Source: Eledone cirrhosa
Taxonomy: Eukaryota
Length of the DNA stretch: 64,000 nt
Direction of reading: 5' to 3'
Assembly: GCA_964016885.1 (NCBI GenBank)
Contig: OZ024762.1
Coordinates: 30,318,001-30,382,000 of the forward strand
Positions 54,201-64,000 of this stretch are shown piece by piece (positions within the stretch are counted from its first letter, which is position 1; every line of letters starts with the position of its first letter). A program made the translations under genes and the position numbers. The notes under the pieces are model-generated. The model made no database searches. It had not been told where the DNA came from and worked only from the letters and a program-made list of their open reading frames with translations.

Positions 54201-56334
54201 TAACTCCATTGTTGGTGAGAATTCATTTAAGTCATGGTACTAGCTGTCAGAAGTAACTCCACTGTTGGTGAGAATTCATTTAAGTTCATGGTACTAGCTG
54301 TCAGAAGTAACTCCACTGTTCGTGAGAATTCATTTAAGTTCATGGTACTAGCTGTCAGAAGTAACTCCACTGTTGGTGAGAATTCATTTAAGTTCATGGT
54401 ACTAGCTGTCAGAAGTAACTCCACTGTTGGTGAGAATTCATTTAAGTTCATGGTACTAGCTGTCAGAAGTAACTCCAATGTTGGTGAGAATTCATTTAAG
54501 TTCATTGTATTAGCTGTCAGAAGTAACTCCACTGTTGGTGAGAATTCATTTAAGTTCATGGTACTAGCTGTCAGAAGTAACTCCACTGTTGGTGAGAATT
54601 CATTTAAGTTCATGGTACTAGCTGTCAGAAGTAACTCCAATGTTGGTGAGAATTCATTTAAGTTCATGGTATTAGCTGTCAGAAGTAACTCCACTGTTGG
54701 TGAGAATTCATTTAAGTTCATGGTATTATCTGTCAGAAGTAACTCCACTGTTGGTGAGAATTCATTTAAGTTCATGGTACTAGCTGTCAGAAGTAACCCC
54801 AATGTTGGTGAGAATTCATTTAAGTTCATGGTATTAGCTGTCAGAAGGAACTCCACTGTTGGTGAGAATTCATTTAAGTTCATGGTATTAGCTGTCAGAA
54901 GTAACTCCACTGTTGGTGAGAATTCATTTAAGTTCATGGTACTAGCTGTCAGAAGTAACTCCAATGTTGGTGAGAATTCATTTAAGTTCATGGTATTAGC
55001 TGTCAGAAGTAACTCCACTGTTGGTGAGAATTCATTTAAGTTCATGGTATTAGCTGTCAGAAGTAACTCCACTGTTGGTGAGAATTCATTTAAGTTCATG
55101 GTACTAGCTGTCAGAAGTAACTCCACTGTTGGTGAGAATTCATTTAAGTTCATGGTACTAGCTGTCAGAAGTAACTCCACTGTTGGTGAGAATTCATTTA
55201 AGTTCATGGTATTAGCTGTCAGAAGTAACTCCACTGTTGGTGAGAATTCATTTAAGTCATGGTATTAGCTGTCAGAAGTAACTCCATTGTTGGTGAGAAT
55301 TCATTTAAGTCATGGTACTAGCTGTCAGAAGTAACTCCACTGTTGGTGAGAATTCATTTAAGTTCATGGTACTAGCTGTCAGAAGTAACTCCACTGTTGG
55401 TGAGAATTCATTTAAGTTCATGGTACTAGCTGTCAGAAGTCACTCCAATGTTGGTGAGAATTCATTTAAGTTCATGGTATTAGCTGTCAGAAGTCACTCC
55501 ACTGTTGGTGAGAATTCATTTAAGTTCATGGTACTAGCTGTCAGAAGTAACCCCAATGTTGGTGAGAATTCATTTAAGTTCATGGTATTAGCTGTCAGAA
55601 GTCACTCCAATGTTGGTGAGAATTCATTTAAGTTCATGGTATTAGCTGTCAGATGTAACTCCACTGTTGGTGAGAATTCATTTAAGTTCATGGTATTAGC
55701 TGTCAGAAGTAACTCCACTGTTGGTGAGAATTCATTTAAATTCATGGTATTAGCTGTCAGAAGTAACTCCACTGTTGGTGAGAATTCATTTAAGTTCATG
55801 GTATTAGCTGTCAGAAGTAACTCCACTGTTGGTGAGAATTCATTTAAGTTCATGGTATTAGCTGTCAGAAGGAACTCCAATGTTGCTGAGAATTCATTTA
55901 AGTTCATGGTATTAGCTGTCAGAAGGAACGCCACTGTTGGTGAGAATTCATTTAAGTCATGGTATTAGCTGTCAGAAGTAACTCCATTGTTGGTGAGAAT
56001 TCATTTAAGTCATGGTACTAGCTGTCAGAAGTAACTCCACTGTTGGTGAGAATTCATTTAAGTTCATGGTATTAGCTGTCAGAAGTAACTCCACTGTTGG
56101 TGAGAATTCATTTAAGTTCATGGTACTAGCTGTCAGAAGTAACTCCACTGTTGGTGAGAATTCATTTAAGTTCATGGTACTAGCTGTCAGAAGGAACTCC
56201 ACTGTTGGTGAGAATTCATTTAAGTTCATGGTATTAGCTGTCAGAAGTAACTCCAATGTTGGTGAGAATTCATTTAAGTCATGGTACTAGCTGTCAGAAG
56301 TAACTCCACTGTTGGTGTGAATTCATTTAAGTTC

Positions 56335-57520
56335 ATGGTATTAGCTGTCAGAAGGAACTCCACTGTTGGTGAGAATTCATTTAAGTTCATGGTATTAGCT
56401 GTCAAAAGTAACTCCACTGTTGGTGAGAATTCATTTAAGTTCATGGTACTAGCTGTCAGAAGTAACTCCAATGTTGGTGAGAATTCATTTAAGTTCATGG
56501 TATTAGCTGTCAGAAGTAACTCCACTGTTGGTGGGAATTCATTTAAGTTGATGGTATTAGCTGTCAGAAGTAACTCCACTGTTGGTGAGAATTCATTTAA
56601 GTTCATGGTACTAGCTGTCAGAAGTAACTCCACTGTTGGTGAGAATTCATTTAAGTCATGGTACTATCTGTCAGAAGTAACTCCACTGTTGGTGAGAATT
56701 CATTTAAGTTCATGGTACTAGCTGTCAGAAGTAACTCCACTGTTGGTGAGAATTCATTTAAGTTCATGGTACTAGCTGTCAGAAGTAACTCCACTGTTGG
56801 TGAGAATTCATTTAAGTTCATGGTACTAGCTGTCAGAAGTAACTCCACTGTTGGTGAGAATTCATTTAAGTTCATGGTACTAGCTGTCAGAAGTAACTCC
56901 AATGTTGGTGAGAATTCATTTAAGTTCATGGTATTAGCTGTCAGAAGGAACTCCACTGTTGGTGAGAATTCATTTAAGTTCATGGTATTAGCTGTCAAAA
57001 GTAACTCCACTGTTGGTGAGAATTCATTTAAGTTCATGGTACTAGCTGTCAGAAGTAACTCCAATGTTGGTGAGAATTCGTTTAAGTTCATGGTATTAGC
57101 TGTCAGAAGTAACTCCACTGTTGGTGGGAATTCATTTAAGTTGATGGTATTAGCTGTCAGAAGTAACTCCACTGTTGGTGAGAATTCATTTAAGTTCATG
57201 GTACTAGCTGTCAGAAGTAACTCCACTGTTGGTGAGAATTCATTTAAGTCATGGTACTATCTGTCAGAAGTAACTCCACTGTTGGTGAGAATTCATTTAA
57301 GTTCATGGTACTAGCTGTCAGAAGTAACTCCACTGTTGGTGAGAATTCATTTAAGTTCATGGTACTAGCTGTCAGAAGTAACTCCACTGTTGGTGAGAAT
57401 TCATTTAAGTTCATGGTACTAGCTGTCAGAAGTAACTCCACTGTTGGTGAGAATTCATTTAAGTTCATGGTACTAGCTGTCAGAAGTAACTCTAATGTTG
57501 GTGAGAATTCATTTAAGTTC
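56335..57520. repeat. Nested tandem duplication, period 593 bp (11 monomers, 1 deletion)
   Basis: GTCAAAAG at 56401 and 56994. ORF starts 56658/57251 differ by 593. GGGAATTC, TTGATG and CTATCTG are duplicated in the same order. Confidence 0.88.
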
Positions 57521-60500
57521 ATGGTATTAGCTGTCAGAAGTAACTCCACTGTTGGTGAGAATTCATTTAAGTTCATGGTACTAGCTGTCAGAAGTAACTC
57601 CACTGTTCGTGAGAATTCATTTAAGTTCATGGTACGAGCTGTCAGAAGTAACTCCACTGTTGGTGATAATTCATTTAAGTTCATGTTACTAGCTGCCAGA
57701 AGTAACTCCACTGTTGGTGAGAATTCATTTAAGTTCATGGTACTAGCTGTCAGAAGTAACTCCACTGTTGGTGAGAATTCATTTAAGTTCATGGTACTAG
57801 CTGTCAGAAGTAACTCCACTGTTGGTGAGAATTCATTTAAGTTCATGGTACTAGCTGTCAGAAGTAACTCCAATGTTGGTGAGAATTCATTTAAGTTCAT
57901 GGTATTAGCTGTCAGAAGTAACTCCACTGTTGGTGAGAATTCATTTAAGTTCATGGTACTAGCTGTCAGAAGTAACTCCACTGTTGGTGAGAATTCATTT
58001 AAGTTCATGGTATTATCTGTCAGAAGTAACTCCACTGTTGGTGAGAATTCATTTAAGTTCATGGTACTAGCTGTCAGAAGTAACCCCAATGTTGGTGAGA
58101 ATTCATTTAAGTTCATGGTATTAGCTGTCAGAAGGAACTCCACTGTTGGTGAGAATTCATTTAAGTTCATGGTATTAGCTGTCAGAAGTAACTCCACTGT
58201 TGGTGAGAATTCATTTAAGTTCATGGTACTAGCTGTCAGAAGTAACTCCAATGTTGGTGAGAATTCATTTAAGTTCATGGTATTAGCTGTCAGAAGTAAC
58301 TCCACTGTTGGTGAGAATTCATTTAAGTTCATGGTATTAGCTGTCAGAAGTAACTCCACTGTTGGTGAGAATTCATTTAAGTTCATGGTACTAGCTGTCA
58401 GAAGTAACTCCACTGTTGGTGAGAATTCATTTAAGTTCATGGTATTAGCTGTCAGAAGTAACTCCACTGTTGGTGAGAATTCATTTAAGTCATGGTATTA
58501 GCTGTCAGAAGTAACTCCATTGTTGGTGAGAATTCATTTAAGTCATGGTACTAGCTGTCAGAAGTAACTCCACTGTTGGTGAGAATTCATTTAAGTTCAT
58601 GGTACTAGCTGTCAGAAGTAACTCCACTGTTGGTGAGAATTCATTTAAGTTCATGGTACTAGCTGTCAGAAGTCACTCCAATGTTGGTGAGAATTCATTT
58701 AAGTTCATGGTATTAGCTGTCAGAAGTCACTCCACTGTTGGTGAGAATTCATTTAAGTTCATGGTACTAGCTGTCAGAAGTAACCCCAATGTTGGTGAGA
58801 ATTCATTTAAGTTCATGGTATTAGCTGTCAGAAGTCACTCCAATGTTGGTGAGAATTCATTTAAGTTCATGGTATTAGCTGTCAGAAGTAACTCCACTGT
58901 TGGTGAGAATTCATTTAAGTTCATGGTATTAGCTGTCAGAAGTAACTCCACTGTTGGTGAGAATTCATTTAAATTCATGGTATTAGCTGTCAGAAGTAAC
59001 TCCACTGTTGGTGAGAATTCATTTAAGTTCATGGTATTAGCTGTCAGAAGTAACTCCACTGTTGGTGAGAATTCATTTAAGTTCATGGTATTAGCTGTCA
59101 GAAGGAACTCCAATGTTGGTGAGAATTCATTTAAGTTCATGGTATTAGCTGTCAGAAGGAACGCCACTGTTGGTGAGAATTCATTTAAGTCATGGTATTA
59201 GCTGTCAGAAGTAACTCCATTGTTGGTGAGAATTCATTTAAGTCATGGTACTAGCTGTCAGAAGTAACTCCACTGTTGGTGAGAATTCATTTAAGTTCAT
59301 GGTATTAGCTGTCAGAAGTAACTCCACTGTTGGTGAGAATTCATTTAAGTTCATGGTACTAGCTGTCAGAAGTAACTCCACTGTTGGTGAGAATTCATTT
59401 AAGTTCATGGTACTAGCTGTCAGAAGGAACTCCACTGTTGGTGAGAATTCATTTAAGTTCATGGTATTAGCTGTCAGAAGTAACTCCAATGTTGGTGAGA
59501 ATTCATTTAAGTCATGGTACTAGCTGTCAGAAGTAACTCCACTGTTGGTGTGAATTCATTTAAGTTCATGGTATTAGCTGTCAGAAGGAACTCCACTGTT
59601 GGTGAGAATTCATTTAAGTTCATGGTATTAGCTGTCAAAAGTAACTCCACTGTTGGTGAGAATTCATTTAAGTTCATGGTACTAGCTGTCAGAAGTAACT
59701 CCAATGTTGGTGAGAATTCATTTAAGTTCATGGTATTAGCTGTCAGAAGTAACTCCACTGTTGGTGGGAATTCATTTAAGTTGATGGTATTAGCTGTCAG
59801 AAGTAACTCCACTGTTGGTGAGAATTCATTTAAGTTCATGGTACTAGCTGTCAGAAGTAACTCCACTGTTGGTGAGAATTCATTTAAGTCATGGTACTAT
59901 CTGTCAGAAGTAACTCCACTGTTGGTGAGAATTCATTTAAGTTCATGGTACTAGCTGTCAGAAGTAACTCCACTGTTGGTGAGAATTCATTTAAGTTCAT
60001 GGTACTAGCTGTCAGAAGTAACTCCACTGTTGGTGAGAATTCATTTAAGTTCATGGTACTAGCTGTCAGAAGTAACTCCACTGTTGGTGAGAATTCATTT
60101 AAGTTCATGGTACTAGCTGTCAGAAGTAACTCCAATGTTGGTGAGAATTCATTTAAGTTCATGGTATTAGCTGTCAGAAGTAACTCCACTGTTGGTGAGA
60201 ATTCATTTAAGTTCATGGTACTAGCTGTCAGAAGTAACTCCACTGTTGGTGAGAATTCATTTAAGTTCATGGTACTAGCTGTCAGAAGTAACTCCAATGT
60301 TGGTGAGAATTCATTTAAGTTCATGGTATTAGCTGTCAGAAGTAACTCCACTGTTGGTGAAAATTCATTTAAGTTCATGGTACTAGCTGTCAGAAGTAAC
60401 TCCACTGTTGGTGAGAATTCATTTAAGTTCATGGTATTAGCTGTCAGAAGTAACTCCACTGTTGGTGAGAATTCATTTAAGTTCATGGTACTAGCTGTCA

Positions 60501-60589
60501 GAAGTAACCCCAATGTTGGTGAGAATTCATTTAAGTTCATGGTATTAGCTGTCAGATGTCACTCCAATGTTGGTGAGAATTCATTTAAG

Positions 60590-61330
60590 TTCATGGTATT
60601 AGCTGTCAGAAGTCACTCCACTGTTGGTGAGAATTCATTTAAGTTCATGGTACTAGCTGTCAGAAGTAACCCCAATGTTGGTGAGAATTCATTTAAGTTC
60701 ATGGTATTAGCTGTCAGAAGTCACTCCAATGTTGGTGAGAATTCATTTAAGTTCATGGTATTAGCTGTCAGAAGTAACTCCACTGTTGGTGAGAATTCAT
60801 TTAAGTTCATGGTATTAGCTGTCAGAAGTAACTCCACTGTTGGTGAGAATTCATTTAAGTTCATGGTATTAGCTGTCAGAAGGAACTCCAATGTTGGTGA
60901 GAATTCATTTAAGTTCATGGTATTAGCTGTCAGAAGGAACTCCACTGTTGGTGAGAATTCATTTAAGTTCATGGTATTAGCTGTCAGAAGTCACTCCACT
61001 GTTGGTGAGAATTCATTTAAGTTCATGGTACTAGCTGTCAGAAGTAACCCCAATGTTGGTGAGAATTCATTTAAGTTCATGGTATTAGCTGTCAGAAGTC
61101 ACTCCAATGTTGGTGAGAATTCATTTAAGTTCATGGTATTAGCTGTCAGAAGTAACTCCACTGTTGGTGAGAATTCATTTAAGTTCATGGTATTAGCTGT
61201 CAGAAGTAACTCCACTGTTGGTGAGAATTCATTTAAGTTCATGGTATTAGCTGTCAGAAGGAACTCCAATGTTGGTGAGAATTCATTTAAGTTCATGGTA
61301 TTAGCTGTCAGAAGGAACGCCACTGTTGGT
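60590..61330. repeat. Nested tandem duplication, period 378 bp (7 monomers)
   Basis: The variant order TCACTCCACT, CCCCAAT, TCACTCCAAT, consensus x2, GGAACTCCAAT occurs twice. Minus-strand ORF ends 60721 and 61099 differ by 378. Confidence 0.75.
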
Positions 61331-64000
61331 GAGAATTCATTTAAGTCATGGTATTAGCTGTCAGAAGTAACTCCATTGTTGGTGAGAATTCATTTAAGTC
61401 ATGGTACTAGCTGTCAGAAGTAACTCCACTGTTGGTGAGAATTCATTTAAATTCATGGTACTAGCTGTCAGAAGTAACTCCACTGTTGGTGAGAATTCAT
61501 TTAAGTTCATGGTACTAGCTGTCAGAAGTAACTCCAATGTTGGTGAGAATTCATTTAAGTTCATGGTATTAGCTGTCAGAAGTAACTCCACTGTTGGTGA
61601 GAATTCATTTAAGTTCATGGTACTAGCTGTCAGAAGTAACTCCACTGTTGGTGAGAATTCATTTAAGTTCATGGTACTAGCTGTCAGAAGTAACTCCTCT
61701 GTTGGTGAGAATTCATTTAAGTTCATGGTATTATCTGTCAGAAGTAACTCCACTGTTGGTGAGAATTCATTTAAGTTCATGGTACTAGCTGTCAGAAGTA
61801 ACCCCAATGTTGGTGAGAATTCATTTAAGTTCATGGTATTAGCTGTCAGAAGTCAATCCAATGTTGGTGAGAATTCATTTAAGTTCATGGTATTAGCTGT
61901 CAGAAGTCACTCCACTGTTGGTGAGAATTCATTTAAGTTCATGGTACTAGCTGTCAGAAGTAACCCCAATGTTGGTGAGAATTCATTTAAGTTCATGGTA
62001 TTAGCTGTCAGAAGTCACTCCAATGTTGGTGAGAATTCATTTAAGTTCATGGTATTAGCTGTCAGAAGTAACTCCACTGTTGGTGAGAATTCATTTAAGT
62101 TCATGGTATTAGCTGTCAGAAGTAACTCCACTGTTGGTGAGAATTCCTTTAAATTCATGGTATTAGCTGTCAGAAGTAACTCCACTGTTGGTGAGAATTC
62201 ATTTAAGTTCATGGTATTAGCTGTCAGAAGTAACTCCACTGTTGGTGAGAATTCATTTAAGTTCATGGTATTAGCTGTCAGAAGGAACTCCAATGTTGGT
62301 GAGAATTCATTTAAGTTCATGGTATTAGCTGTCAGAAGGAACGCCACTGTTGGTGAGAATTCATTTAAGTCATGGTATTAGCTGTCAGAAGTAACTCCAT
62401 TGTTGGTGAGAATTCATTTAAGTCATGGTACTAGCTGTCAGAAGTAACTCCACTGTTGGTGAGAATTCATTTAAGTTCATGGTATTAGCTGTCAGAAGTA
62501 ACTCCACTGTTGGTGAGAATTCATTTAAGTTCATGGTAATAGCTGTCAGAAGTAACTCCACTGTTGGTGAGAATTCATTTAAGTTCATGGTACTAGCTGT
62601 CAGAAGGAACTCCACTGTTGGTGAGAATTCATTTAAGTTCATGGTATTAGCTGTCAGAAGTAACTCCAATGTTGGTGAGAATTCATTTAAGTCATGGTAC
62701 TAGCTGTCAGAAGTAACTCCACTGTTGGTGAGAATTCATTTAAGTTCATGGTATTAGCTGTCAGAAGGAACTCCACTGTTGGTGAGAATTCATTTAAGTT
62801 CATGGTATTAGCTGTCAAAAGTAACTCCACTGTTGGTGAGAATTCATTTAAGTTCATGGTACTAGCTGTCAGAAGTAACTCCAATGTTGGTGAGAATTCA
62901 TTTAAGTTCATGGTATTAGCTGTCAGAAGTAACTCCACTGTTGGTGGGAATTCATTTAAGTTGATGGTATTAGCTGTCAGAAGTAACTCCACTGATGGTG
63001 AGAATTCATTTAAGTTCATGGTACTAGCTGTCAGAAGTAACTCCACTGTTGGTGAGAATTCATTTAAGTCATGGTACTATCTGTCAGAAGTAACTCCACT
63101 GTTGGTGAGAATTCATTTAAGTTCATGGTACTAGCTGTCAGAAGTAACTCCACTGTTGGTGAGAATTCATTTAAGTTCATGGTACTAGCTGTCAGAAGTA
63201 ACTCCACTGTTGGTGAGAATTCATTTAAGTTCATGGTACTAGCTGTCAGAAGTAACTCCACTGTTGGTGAGAATTCATTTAAGTTCATGGTACTAGCTGT
63301 CAGAAGTAACTCCAGTGTTGGTGAGAATTCATTTAAGTTCATGGTATTAGCTGTCAGAAGTAACTCCACTGTTGGTGAGAATTCATTTAAGTTCATGGTA
63401 CTAGCTGTCAGAAGTAACTCCACTGTTGGTGAGAATTCATTTAAGTTCATGGTACTAGCTGTCAGAAGTAACTCCAATGTTGGTGAGAATCCATTTAAGT
63501 TCATGGTATTAGCTGTCAGAAGTAACTCCACTGTTGGTGAGAATTCATTTAAGTTCATGGTACTAGCTGTCAGAAGTAACTCCACTGTTGGTGAGAATTC
63601 ATTTAAGTTCATGGTACTAGCTGTCAGAAGTAACCCCAATGTTGGTGAGAATTCATTTAAGTTCATGGTATTAGCTGTCAGAAGTCACTCCAATGTTGGT
63701 GAGAATTCATTTAAGTTCATGGTATTAGCTGTCAGAAGTCACTCCACTGTTGGTGAGAATTCATTTAAGTTCATGGTACTAGCTGTCAGAAGTAACCCCA
63801 ATGTTCATGAGAATTCATTTAAGTTCATGGTATTAGCTGTCAGAAATCACTCCAATGTTGGTGAGAATTCATTTAAGTTCATGGTATTAGCTGTCAGAAG
63901 TAACTCCACTGTTGGTGAGAATTCATTTAAGTTCATGGTATTAGCTGTCAGAAGTAACTCCACTGTTGGAGAGAATTCATTTAAGTTCATGGTATTAGCT

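Larger units (their letters stand above)
1..64000. repeat. Tandem satellite array, 54-bp monomer (53-bp deletion variant), ~1,185-1,190 copies, single orientation, open at both window ends
   Basis: The sequence throughout is an iteration of ATGGTAYTAGCTGTCAGAAGTAACTCCACTGTTGGTGAGAATTCATTTAAGTTC, typically with 0-3 differences per copy. First monomer ATG at 31, last at 63989. ORFs on both strands have an 18-aa period. GAATTC occurs in nearly every monomer. Confidence 0.99.
55140..64000. repeat. Three-copy higher-order repeat, periods 3233 bp (60 monomers) and 3180 bp (59 monomers)
   Basis: ORF pairs 55312/58545, 56012/59245, 56281/59514 and 56658/59891 differ by 3233; 59245/62425 and 59514/62694 differ by 3180. 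All three copies carry GTCAAAAG, GGTGGGAATTC+TTGATG and GTACTATCTG; GGTGTGAAT is in copies 1 and 2 only. Confidence 0.9.

Noticed and set aside
31-63666. Several hundred ORFs on both strands (up to 956 aa) as protein-coding genes
   Set aside because: All are translations of the same 54-bp unit. They start at the monomer's ATG and mostly end at the recurrent 1-bp deletion. There are no unique N- or C-terminal domains, most variants are nonsynonymous, and two open frames out of six matches chance expectation.
1-64000. CRISPR array
   Set aside because: There are no unique spacers: the variable segment differs by only 1-3 bases between units. No leader or cas genes are present.
1-64000. Antigenic-variation cassette array, diversity-generating or programmed-frameshift system
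   Set aside because: No recombinase, reverse transcriptase, expression site or flanking gene is present. The variant pattern is explained by point mutation plus duplication.
1-64000. Tandem RNA gene cluster (tRNA, 5S, snRNA, spliced leader, miRNA)
   Set aside because: The 54-bp unit is too short and has no recognisable cloverleaf, A/B boxes or stable long stem. Only 3-6 bp inverted repeats occur around CCA..TGG.
1-64000. CENP-B box or telomeric repeat within the monomer
   Set aside because: The CENP-B box requires TTCG and CGGG elements, and the consensus has no CpG. No TTAGGG-type tandem repeat or G-tract is present.
1-64000. Synthetic concatemer, rolling-circle artefact or collapsed assembly (EcoRI site in every unit)
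   Set aside because: Nested, regionally restricted shared variants and multi-scale duplications indicate a real mutational history, which ligation or random read error would not produce. Individual duplications still need read validation.
1-64000. Embedded transposon, inversion or unique island
   Set aside because: None seen on reading through. The + strand 18-aa repeat continues with only short gaps attributable to clustered deletion monomers.

Overview
The whole 64-kb window is one uninterrupted, head-to-tail satellite DNA array of roughly 1,185-1,190 monomers, all in the same orientation and running off both ends. The consensus monomer is 54 bp: ATGGTAYTAGCTGTCAGAAGTAACTCCACTGTTGGTGAGAATTCATTTAAGTTC (20-21 G+C of 54, one EcoRI site, no CpG). 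A frequent 53-bp variant lacks one T (AAGTTCATG -> AAGTCATG). I see no unique sequence, gene, RNA gene, transposon or CRISPR spacer. The ORF track is a by-product of a 54-bp (18-codon) unit being stop-free in one frame per strand. The informative structure lies in the monomer variants: (i) a recurring ordered cassette of variants suggesting an old, eroded higher-order repeat (HOR); (ii) many recent kb-scale duplications with different periods (1721, 1726, 2480, 2684, 2796, ~3180-3233 and 4901 bp) plus short periods (108, 270, 378, 593 bp); (iii) regional zones with private variants. This is typical of eukaryotic heterochromatic or (peri)centromeric satellite. The organism and any function cannot be determined from the sequence, and I found no support for a novel protein- or RNA-encoding system.
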